From: Vicinamibacterales bacterium
Lineage (GTDB): Bacteria; Acidobacteriota; Vicinamibacteria; Vicinamibacterales; SCN-69-37
Length of the DNA stretch: 55,401 bases
NCBI GenBank assembly: GCA_035711465.1
Contig: DASTCC010000256.1
Location: 1-55,401 of the forward strand
Reading direction: 5' to 3'
Shown here: piece after piece, positions 44,362 to 52,272 of the stretch
Numbering within the stretch: position 1 is the stretch's first letter
Layout of the letters: every line of letters begins with the position of its first letter
Position numbers and translations under genes: made by a program
Notes under the pieces: model-generated
Seen by the model: the letters and a program-made list of their open reading frames with translations, nothing else
What the model was told of the DNA's origin: nothing
The model's database searches: none

Positions 44362-46770
44362 ATGCCCCGTCCACATATCGGTCGCCGCCTTCGTCAGAGT
44401 CCGACGTCATCGCTCATCACCGTCGTCACGGTCTCGATCGGCATCGGCGCGGCCGTGTCGATGTTCAGCGTGTTCGATGCCGTCGTCCTGACCCCGATGT
44501 CGATCGAGCGGCCGCACGAGGTCGTCGGCATCGGTGCGGTCAATCCCAAGGTCCGCAATGTGCCGACGGCGCTGTCGTGGGTGCGGTTCGACAACAGCCT
44601 CAGGCAGGCGCGGTCGTTCGTCCATATCGCCGCCTACGACAACGACTCGGCCACGGTCGTTGCCGCGGGTGCGGCGGCCGAGCAGCTGCCGATCTATCGC
44701 GTGTCGGCGGGCTTCTTTCCGGCGCTGGGCGTTCGGCCTCAAGCCGGCCGCCTCTTCACCGATGCGGACGATCAGGCGCACGGTCCGGCGGTGTGCGTGC
44801 TGTCTCACGAGTTCTGGCAGTCGCGCTTTGCCGGCGAGGCGGTCGTGGGCCGCACCATGACGCTGGCGGGAAGGACCACCGAGATCATCGGCGTGCTGCC
44901 ACCGCGGCTGACGCCGCCATGGACCGAGATCCCGATCTTCGTCCCGCGGGTCTTCGAGTCGTCGACCGTGCGCGCCGACAACGTCCAGAACGGCGCCTCG
45001 TTCCTTGCCGTGCTCGGCCGACTGCGTTCCGACGTGACGATCGAGCAGGCGCAGCACGAGCTCGACTCCCTCGGGGCCGAATACGCCCAGCGCTTCGCGG
45101 GCCGGATGGACGCCGCCAACTCGACCAGGGCGATCCCGTTCGTGCAGACGCTGATCGGCAATCGCCGCCAGACGCTCATCATCCTGCTGGTCGCCGTCGG
45201 CGCCGTGCTTCTGGTGTCGTGCACGAACGCATCGGCCCTGTTCCTGGGGCGATTGATGGCCCGCCATCGCGAGACCGCCATCTGCCAGGCGCTCGGCGCG
45301 TCGCGTTGGCGCATCGTCCGCGACTGTCTCTTCGAGAGCCTCGGCCTCTCGCTCGCCGCCGCGCTCGCTGGACTCGCGGTTGCATGGGCGCTGCTGCGGC
45401 TGGCGGCGTCGTGGTTTGGCCCGTCGCTGCCGAGTGGTACGTCGTTCGAGATCGACGCGCGCGTGCTCGCGGTGACCCTGGCGGTGATGCTGGTCTCGGC
45501 ACTGATCGTTGGATTGGTGCCGGCGCTTTACGTAAGCCGGCCGGCACGCACACCGCTGCTCGGTTTCTCGCGAGATGGCGCGACGGGCCCGGTCGGCAGG
45601 CGCCTTCGATCCGCGCTGGTCTTCGCTGAAGTCACGTTGTCCTGCATGCTTCTGGTCGGCGCCGCGCTCCTCGCCCAGTCCCTGACGCGACTGCAGCGGG
45701 CGAGCCCGGGATTCGACGCTCGTTCGACGGCGGCCGGCCTGATCAGCCTGCCGGCGGAGAAGTACCCGACCAGCGAGCGGCAGGCCGCGTTTGTGGTCGA
45801 GGCCGTCGATCGACTGAAGCGCGCGCCGAACGTGCTCGATGCGGCGGCCGTCTTCGGCCTGCCCCTTGGCGACGAGTTCACCTTTCATCAGTACGTCGTC
45901 GCCGGTCGGCCGATCCCTCCGCCCTCCGAGCGCGAGCGTGCCGGCATCCGGCTGGTCACGGAGGGGTATTTCAAGCTGATGGGCATCCGGCTGAAATCCG
46001 GTCGACTCTTCACGGAGCTCGACCGGGAGGGCGCGACGCTCGTCTGCATCATCAACGAGTCGCTGGCGCGGCGGATGTTCGATGGCGATCCGATCGGTCA
46101 GTCGGTCCTTCGCGGCCGCGACGCCGATCTGCGATACGAAATCATCGGCGTCGTCGAAGACGTTCGCACGTACGGTCTCCGCCAGGATGCGGTGGACGAG
46201 ATCTTCTATCCCATCCGGCAACTGCCGTGGCCGCACTTCGCGCTGATCGCGAAATCCGATGGCGATCCGATCGCGCTGCGCCGTCCGATGGAACAGGCGG
46301 TCTCTGCAGTCGACTCGACGCAGCCGCTGGCACGATTCGCGACCATGGGGCAGCGGCTCGACGCGACATGGGGCACCGAACGCGCGATGGCCGGTCTGAC
46401 GACATTGTTCGCCGCTGTGGCGGTGTTCATGTCGGTCATCGGGCTCTACGCCGCGCTGGCTCACACCGTCGCCGCCCGCACGGTCGAGATCGGGCTGCGG
46501 ATGGCGCTCGGATCCGATCGCCTGGGCGTCATCCGGCTGATCCTGCTGCGCGGGCTGCTGCCCGCGGGCGCCGGCATCGTCTGTGGGCTTTTCGGCGCGG
46601 CCCTGTCGGCGCGGTACCTCGCGTCCGAGCTGTATGCGGTCAGCCCGATCGATCCATTCGTCTACACCGGCGTGGCGGTGATATTCCTCGCCGTCGCCGC
46701 GGGCGCGTGCCTCGTGCCGTCGTGGCGCGCGTCACGGCTGGACCCGCTGACGGTCCTCAAGCTCTCGTAG
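44362..46770 (+). CDS. ADOP-family duplicated FtsX/MacB-type permease (divergent from the GlxA regulator)
   Basis: 802 aa. Two permease halves (ICQALGASRWRIV; IGLRMALGSDRLGV). C-terminus SWRASRLDPLTVLKLS. Confidence 0.9.
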   Translation: MPRPHIGRRLRQSPTSSLITVVTVSIGIGAAVSMFSVFDAVVLTPMSIERPHEVVGIGAVNPKVRNVPTALSWVRFDNSLRQARSFVHIAAYDNDSATVVAAGAAAEQLPIYRVSAGFFPALGVRPQAGRLFTDADDQAHGPAVCVLSHEFWQSRFAGEAVVGRTMTLAGRTTEIIGVLPPRLTPPWTEIPIFVPRVFESSTVRADNVQNGASFLAVLGRLRSDVTIEQAQHELDSLGAEYAQRFAGRMDAANSTRAIPFVQTLIGNRRQTLIILLVAVGAVLLVSCTNASALFLGRLMARHRETAICQALGASRWRIVRDCLFESLGLSLAAALAGLAVAWALLRLAASWFGPSLPSGTSFEIDARVLAVTLAVMLVSALIVGLVPALYVSRPARTPLLGFSRDGATGPVGRRLRSALVFAEVTLSCMLLVGAALLAQSLTRLQRASPGFDARSTAAGLISLPAEKYPTSERQAAFVVEAVDRLKRAPNVLDAAAVFGLPLGDEFTFHQYVVAGRPIPPPSERERAGIRLVTEGYFKLMGIRLKSGRLFTELDREGATLVCIINESLARRMFDGDPIGQSVLRGRDADLRYEIIGVVEDVRTYGLRQDAVDEIFYPIRQLPWPHFALIAKSDGDPIALRRPMEQAVSAVDSTQPLARFATMGQRLDATWGTERAMAGLTTLFAAVAVFMSVIGLYAALAHTVAARTVEIGLRMALGSDRLGVIRLILLRGLLPAGAGIVCGLFGAALSARYLASELYAVSPIDPFVYTGVAVIFLAVAAGACLVPSWRASRLDPLTVLKLS

Positions 46771-46802
46771 TCCGCGGCGGCGGCAGGCGAAGCGGGTGGA
46801 GC

Positions 46803-47891
46803 CTATCGATCGGCCTTGCGCTCCAATGTCGGCGCCAGGCGCGTCACGCTGTTGTAGCGGACGAGGACGCCGGCCGTCCATCGGACGTAGCCCTCGATCT
46901 CGACCCACACCGCGTGCGAGCCGGCGCGTAGTCTGGGAATCTCGATCGGCGTCTCGCCGACGCGCCGTTGATTGACGTACACCGTCGCGCCGGCAGGTTC
47001 GGAATGAACGACCAGCGTGCCCTGGAACCCGCGGGAGGTGGCCGGCGGTTTCGCTGTCGCAGGCCGTTCGGTGGACGCACGCGCCTGCTGTGTCGGCGCC
47101 GGCCTCGCGATCGAGACTGATGCGCGCGCCGGCTGGCGGACCGGCGCCGCCGAGGGAGTCGCGGGCACGATCGGCGGTGGCTGCGTCACTTCGAGGCGAA
47201 GGGGCAGCTTGGCGTAGAACTTCGGAGCATTCACCGGTGGTTGGGCTGACGTCTCCACGTCTCGCTGTTCGATCGCCGGCGCGGGCGTCTCAGAGAAGCT
47301 CGGCGTGATCACGGCCGGCACTGCAATGCAGGCGAGGCAGCCGACGAGCCAGACGGGTGGGCCGCTGCGCCCATGAGTCGGACGGCGAATCCAACCGGGC
47401 GGGCGGCGCGCCGCCCATGCTGTTTTCATCTTCGCCTTGAGCGAATCCCCGAAAGTTTGCACGTCGCGAAGCCGCATCATCAGCAGCTCGGGCGTCGTCG
47501 TCGTCGGGATCTCGACGACGGTCGGCAACGGCATCGCCGCTTTGTGAACGACCAACAGCGGCGGCGGACCGTCGCCGTGATGTGTGTCGCCGTTCCTGTT
47601 TTCAGATGCGGCATCGATGGTGTCCGGTTCGAACTCGGGCCGAAACTGTTCGAGCGCGCGATCGGTGCGGCCGACACGCGGCGGCTGCGATCGTCGGCGG
47701 GCCATCGGCGTCGCCGACGCAGCGATCGCATCTCCTTCCCGAGTGGTCTCGGCGGCCGCGTGACCGTTCTTCTTGCGCGGCTTCGCCGTTCTCTCGCCTT
47801 TGGCCTTCCTGGAATTCCTCTTCGCGCGCCGTGGCGGCTCCGTCAACTCGCACTGCAGAGGGTCCTGTGCCGGGTTGATTCTGGTCTTCAT
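46803..47891 (-). CDS. PEGA-domain protein with basic disordered N-terminus and one TM
   Basis: C-terminus GTLVVHSEPAGATVYVNQRRVGETPIEIPRLRAGSHAVWVEIEGY = PEGA fold signature. Central TM VWLVGCLACIAVPAVI. The exact start is uncertain. Confidence 0.65.
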   Translation of the reverse strand: MKTRINPAQDPLQCELTEPPRRAKRNSRKAKGERTAKPRKKNGHAAAETTREGDAIAASATPMARRRSQPPRVGRTDRALEQFRPEFEPDTIDAASENRNGDTHHGDGPPPLLVVHKAAMPLPTVVEIPTTTTPELLMMRLRDVQTFGDSLKAKMKTAWAARRPPGWIRRPTHGRSGPPVWLVGCLACIAVPAVITPSFSETPAPAIEQRDVETSAQPPVNAPKFYAKLPLRLEVTQPPPIVPATPSAAPVRQPARASVSIARPAPTQQARASTERPATAKPPATSRGFQGTLVVHSEPAGATVYVNQRRVGETPIEIPRLRAGSHAVWVEIEGYVRWTAGVLVRYNSVTRLAPTLERKADR

Positions 47892-48156
47892 GGCCTGCTC
47901 CTCTCGAGAGACCGCGACAGCCCAGGGACGGCGACGGTGCCTCGGAGACGGGACGAAGAGACCCCGCCCGAAACACGAGCGTGCTGGCCTAGGAATTGGT
48001 ACTGGGGAGGCCGCGTACTATACCCGAAAGACACGTGCTCCGACTGCAAGCCGGCGAATAGGCCATTTCATACCCCGGGCCAGGGTCAGGGATCGCCCGT
48101 AGATAACCGATTGCTAACCGTGTGGCGGCCTGGCCAGACGGTTCGATAGGAGGCTG

Positions 48157-50025
48157 GTGCCCGGTCCGATAGATACTCCGCGTTCGCCGACGCCTCGTTT
48201 GATCGGCGTCGGCTGCATGCGGCTGTCGACGACGCCCGATCGCGACGACGACCGGGCTGTTGCCGTCCTGCACGCCGCGCTCGACGCTGGCGCCACGTTC
48301 TTCGACACGGCGGACGCCTACTGTCTCGGCCACACGGACGTCGGCCACAACGAGCGCCTGGTCGCGCGAGCGCTCTCGACGTGGACGGGCGATCGGTCGC
48401 GCGTTGTCGTCGCGACCAAGGGCGGGCTGACGCGCCCCGGCGGGCAGTGGGTGCCTGACGGCAGGGCCGCGCATCTCGCGCACGCCTGCGATGCGAGCCG
48501 GCGCGCCCTTGGCGTCGATCGCATCGCGCTCTATCAGCTTCACGCACCGGACCCGCGCGTGCCGATCGCGACGAGCGTCCGGGCGCTGGCGGCGCTCAAG
48601 CAGCACGGCCTCATCGAGCGGATCGGTCTCTGCAACGTCAGCCGCGGACAGATCGAGGAGGCGCGGCGGATCGTTCCGATTGACGCGGTGCAGGTCGAGC
48701 TCAGCGTGTTTCACGATCACGAGATCCTCAGCGGCGTCGTTCCTTACTGCATCGATCACGGCATTCAGCTCATCGCGCATCGTCCGCTCGGCGGCGTGAA
48801 GAAGCTGCGGCAGGCCGAGCGCGACCCTGTTCTGAACGAGCTCGCGCGGCGACACGACGTGACGCCGCGGGACATCGCGCTCGCCTGGCTCCTGGATCTG
48901 GCCGGGACGATCGTGCCGCTGCCGGGTCCGACGCGTGTCGAGACAGCGCGCAGAGTCGCGCGCGCGTTCGAGCTGCGTTTGACAGACGACGACCGCGCCC
49001 GGCTGACCGAGCGGGTGCCCGCGACCGCGAGAGTCCGAAAAGTCGAGCAAGCGGACGCTGCCACAACTCCGTCGATCGCGGGCGAGATCGTGCTCGTCAT
49101 GGGGATGCCGGCGGCGGGGAAGAGCACGGTAGCCGGGACGTTCGCCAGGCGCGGATACACGCGCCTCAACCGCGACGACGCGGGAGGATCGCTGGCGCGT
49201 CTCGCATCGCGGCTCGGCGAGGCCGTCGCGTCGGGCGCGACACTTCTCGTCGCCGACAACACTTACGCGACACGGCTGGCGCGGGCGCCGATGCTCGATG
49301 CGGCGGCGCGGATCGGCCTGCGCGTGCGCGGGCTCTGGCTCGGCACCACGCTCGAGGAGGCGCAGACCAACGCCGTCTGGCGGATGGTCACGAAGTACGG
49401 GCGGCTGCTCGAGCCGGACGAGATCCGGACGATGTCGGCGCGCGATCCGGGCGCCTTCGGTCCCGGCGTGCTGTTTCGCTATCAGCGCGACCTCGAAGTG
49501 CCCGAAGCCGCGGAAGGCTTCGCGGAGATCGAGCACGTGCCTTTCATCAGGCAGCTCGACGCGTCATGGGCGAATCGCGCGCTGATCGTTCGCGCCGACG
49601 GCGTGCTGCGGCTCAGCCGCGCGGGACATCGAACGCCATTGTCAGTGGACGATCTCGACGTGCCAGCCGGCGTCGGGGAAAAGCTTCGTCGATGTGCGCA
49701 CGAGGGGATGGCGATCGTCGCGATCGGCTGGCGGCCCGAGATCACCGCAGGCACGCTGACACGCGAAAGCGCCGCTTCGATTGACGCCATGATGGCCGAG
49801 CGTCTGGCCGTGGGGATCGACGTGCTCGACTGCACGCATCCCGCAGGGCCGCCAATCTGCTGGTGTCGCAAACCGCTGCCGGGATTGGGCGTCGTCGCGA
49901 TTCACCGTCATCGGCTCGATCCGGCTCGCTGTCTGTACATCGGAACGGGTCAGCAGGATCCCGGGTTCGCTCGGCGATGCGGGTTTCGGTACGAAACGGC
50001 AGAGCAGTTTTTCGCGGGGTCGTGA
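48157..50025 (+). CDS. Three-domain fusion: aldo/keto reductase + P-loop polynucleotide-kinase-like domain + HAD-IIIA (GmhB/HisB-N/PNK-phosphatase)-like domain
   Basis: GTG start with AGGAGG 3 nt upstream. AKR: FFDTADAY, ERLVARAL, VATKGG, ALYQLHAPD, AHRPLGG. Kinase: LVMGMPAAGKST (Walker A), NRDD, LVADNTY. C-terminus: CWCRKPLPGLG (CxCRKPxPG of HAD subfamily IIIA), but motif I reads IVRADGVL instead of DxDGT. Confidence 0.7.
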   Translation: MPGPIDTPRSPTPRLIGVGCMRLSTTPDRDDDRAVAVLHAALDAGATFFDTADAYCLGHTDVGHNERLVARALSTWTGDRSRVVVATKGGLTRPGGQWVPDGRAAHLAHACDASRRALGVDRIALYQLHAPDPRVPIATSVRALAALKQHGLIERIGLCNVSRGQIEEARRIVPIDAVQVELSVFHDHEILSGVVPYCIDHGIQLIAHRPLGGVKKLRQAERDPVLNELARRHDVTPRDIALAWLLDLAGTIVPLPGPTRVETARRVARAFELRLTDDDRARLTERVPATARVRKVEQADAATTPSIAGEIVLVMGMPAAGKSTVAGTFARRGYTRLNRDDAGGSLARLASRLGEAVASGATLLVADNTYATRLARAPMLDAAARIGLRVRGLWLGTTLEEAQTNAVWRMVTKYGRLLEPDEIRTMSARDPGAFGPGVLFRYQRDLEVPEAAEGFAEIEHVPFIRQLDASWANRALIVRADGVLRLSRAGHRTPLSVDDLDVPAGVGEKLRRCAHEGMAIVAIGWRPEITAGTLTRESAASIDAMMAERLAVGIDVLDCTHPAGPPICWCRKPLPGLGVVAIHRHRLDPARCLYIGTGQQDPGFARRCGFRYETAEQFFAGS

Positions 50026-50026
50026 C

Positions 50027-50061
50027 CGCCAGGAAAGGGAAGCTCGAGTTCCCTTTCCTGG
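50027..50061. terminator. Bidirectional terminator hairpin between convergent genes
   Basis: GCCAGGAAAGGGAA (50027..50040), GCTCGAG loop, TTCCCTTTCCTGGC (50048..50061): perfect 14-bp stem. Confidence 0.7.
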
Positions 50062-50086
50062 CGACCCGACACTCCCGGTCGCCCTT

Positions 50087-50755
50087 CTACTGCGGGATGG
50101 CGGCGAGGTTCTTCGCCAGCAGCGAGCCCTTCACCGCGCCAGCTGCCGCGCGGCGGCGATGATCGGCGGCCACCGTGCCGTGCTGCATCAGCGAGGCGGC
50201 GAACTGCATCTCGGCGTTCTCGCCGGCGAGCTCCAGCGCTCTCAGGACGAGGCTGTAGCCTTCGGCCCCTGAGCTGAGGCGCACGCTTCGGAACTCGGAC
50301 AGCGACGGCTCGACGCCAGCGAGCATGTCGAGGCCGGCCGTGGCCCTGTTCTGCCGGTACGTCTCGATGAGGTACCCGGCATCGAACCAGGCCATCGAAT
50401 CCTTCGATTCGGGCGCCGCCGAGCTGGCGCGATCGATGACGGCTCTGAGCAGGGCTGCGGCGACCTTGCGATCGCGTCCGGCGTAGATCGTCGCGCGTCT
50501 CATGTTCTCCATGCGCGCGAGCACCGGAGCGGTCGGCGTGAGCAGCTGGAGTGTATCGGCCGTCAGCCGCTGCACATCGTAGGAGCGGTCAGGCGTATTC
50601 CAGCCGGGACCGGAGCCCCACGGGAGCAGGCGGGCGGAACCGGCGTCGAATGGATGACAGATGAGGGGCGGCCCAGCCTCGGCGGTTCCTGGCATCGCGA
50701 CGACGGCGACGGTTGCGGCAACGAACGTCAACACACGGGCGGTCAGTTTCAGCAT
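50087..50755 (-). CDS. Hypothetical secreted, predicted all-helical protein
   Basis: Start ATG 50755 (MLKLTARVLTFVAATVAVVAMPGTAEA signal) with AGGAG 8 nt upstream. No motif recognised. The remainder of track ORF 50087..51205 is antisense to the next gene. Confidence 0.5.
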   Translation of the reverse strand: MLKLTARVLTFVAATVAVVAMPGTAEAGPPLICHPFDAGSARLLPWGSGPGWNTPDRSYDVQRLTADTLQLLTPTAPVLARMENMRRATIYAGRDRKVAAALLRAVIDRASSAAPESKDSMAWFDAGYLIETYRQNRATAGLDMLAGVEPSLSEFRSVRLSSGAEGYSLVLRALELAGENAEMQFAASLMQHGTVAADHRRRAAAGAVKGSLLAKNLAAIPQ

Positions 50756-50908
50756 GGCGTGTTCTCCTGCCTGGTGAGACGCCGTGCGGAAGCGATCTGC
50801 CCGGCCTGAAGGGGCCATGGACCGTGACTTTTCGGCCATGTAACCGTTAGTAACGTCCCTCTCCTCGCCCGAAAAGGGTCCCTGGCCGTCGTAGTCCATA
50901 CTGAGCTT

Positions 50909-51796
50909 GTGACCGTGCCGCCCGACCAGGTGAGCGCCCAGCTCGAACGAATCCTCGCAAGCGCCGGGTTCCGGAGCGCCGACCGCGCGAGCCGCTTTCT
51001 CCGCTACGTGGTCGAACGAACGATCGCCGGCGAGGGCGACCAGCTCAAGGAATACGTGATCGGTTGTGCGGTGTTCGACCGTGGCGACGACTACGACCCG
51101 CGCATCGACTCCATCGTCCGCGTCGAGGCCGGGCGGCTCCGGTCGAAGCTCGACGAGTACTACGCCGGTCCTGGCCGGACGGACGGCATCATCATTCGCG
51201 TGCACCGCGGGACGTACGTGCCGGAGTTCGAACGAGCCGGCACGGCGGCGGCATCAACCGCCGTCTCCGCCTCAGTTGAGCGCGACGGCGCGTTCATGCG
51301 CTCTCGAGTCACGCTCGGCGTGGCCATCGTCGTCGCCGTCCTGGCCGTGGCGGCGCTCGTGGCCTGGCGTGCTGGCCGGCTGCTGACCGCGGACGAGTCA
51401 GCGGCGCCGACGATCGCGGTCCTGCCGTTCGACAACTTTTCCATGCAGCCCGCGGAGCGGATGCTGGCGGCACGCGCCACTGACGGCGTCACCGCCGAAC
51501 TGGCGCGCCTGGGCACGCTCGGCGTGGTCTCTCACACGAGCGCGCTGCAGTATGCGGATGCTCGTCCGCGAGTCTCGCTTCCGGAGATCGCCAGAGCGCT
51601 CAACGCGCAGTACGTGCTGGAAGGAAAGGTCCGGGACGATGGCGGACGCATCACCATCCAGGTGGTGCTGGTGGACGGCGTCCTCGATCGGAAGATCTGG
51701 GTCCATGACATCGGCGGAACCGCGTCCGATCTGCTCGAGATGCAGCGAGAGGTCGCACGAGCCACATCGGCGGCAGTGCTCCAGCGAAGGAAGTGA
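50909..51796 (+). CDS. ToxR/CadC-like membrane-anchored regulator: winged-helix N-domain, one TM, periplasmic TolB_N-like domain
   Basis: 295 aa, GTG start. LKEYVIGCAVFDRGDDYDPRIDSIVRVEAGRLRSKLDEYY...IRVHRGTYVPEF resembles an OmpR/PhoB-type wHTH. TM GVAIVVAVLAVAALVAW. PTIAVLPFDNFS...LNAQYVLEGKV resembles a TolB N-terminal-like fold. Confidence 0.45.
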   Translation: MTVPPDQVSAQLERILASAGFRSADRASRFLRYVVERTIAGEGDQLKEYVIGCAVFDRGDDYDPRIDSIVRVEAGRLRSKLDEYYAGPGRTDGIIIRVHRGTYVPEFERAGTAAASTAVSASVERDGAFMRSRVTLGVAIVVAVLAVAALVAWRAGRLLTADESAAPTIAVLPFDNFSMQPAERMLAARATDGVTAELARLGTLGVVSHTSALQYADARPRVSLPEIARALNAQYVLEGKVRDDGGRITIQVVLVDGVLDRKIWVHDIGGTASDLLEMQREVARATSAAVLQRRK

Positions 51797-51828
51797 GAGT
51801 CACCTCCAGCTGCTCCTGAAGCCGTCTG

Positions 51829-51885
51829 GTCCTGACGCAGCGTGCGCATCGGGTCGACCCTCGTTGCGCGCGCCGCGGAAATCGA
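51829..51885 (-). pseudogene. Relic of the last ~17 codons of an ADOP permease gene
   Basis: Minus-strand translation SISAARATRVDPMRTLRQD matches the conserved ADOP C-terminus (compare ARRASRVDPVIALRSE and AARAAQVDPMRTLRQE in this window). It is preceded by an in-frame TAG and lacks the usual stop. Confidence 0.4.
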
Positions 51886-51890
51886 TGGCT

Positions 51891-51925
51891 ACATTGCCTA
51901 CAATGTCGTCATCGAGATAACATTG
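51891..51925 (+). promoter_or_regulatory. Putative PadR operator(s) and -10 box upstream of the second padR
   Basis: ACATTG-CCTA-CAATGT (51891..51906, i.e. ACAT-N8-ATGT) overlapping TACAAT (51899..51904). Extra half-site ACATTG at 51920..51925. ATG at 51931. Confidence 0.4.
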
Positions 51926-51930
51926 TCGGC

Positions 51931-52272
51931 ATGATGCAGGTGCCGACACCGCTGGGCGATTTCGAGCTGTTGGTATTGATGGCGGTGCTCAGACTCGAGG
52001 AGGCGTCGGGGTCGGGGGTGCGCAGTGAGATCGAGACACGGACGTCGCGCCGCGTGTCGCGCGGTGCCGCCTACGTCACCCTCGACCGTCTTCAGGAGAA
52101 GGGCCTGCTGTCGTCGCGGGTCGTCAACGCTCCGGCCGAGGCCGGCGGCCGGCCCCGGCGGCGCTACCGCGTGACCACGGCGGGGCGTAGGGCCGCAGCC
52201 CAGTCGCTCGGCGACCTCGCCCGCATGCGCGCGGGCATCGAGGCGATGCTCGCGCCGCCGAGGCGGTCGTGA
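51931..52272 (+). CDS. PadR-family transcriptional regulator (ADOP-associated type)
   Basis: 113 aa. DFELLVLMAVLRLEEASGSGVRSEIETRTSRRVSRGAAYVTLDRLQEKGLLSSR...GGRPRRRY. Confidence 0.9.
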   Translation: MMQVPTPLGDFELLVLMAVLRLEEASGSGVRSEIETRTSRRVSRGAAYVTLDRLQEKGLLSSRVVNAPAEAGGRPRRRYRVTTAGRRAAAQSLGDLARMRAGIEAMLAPPRRS

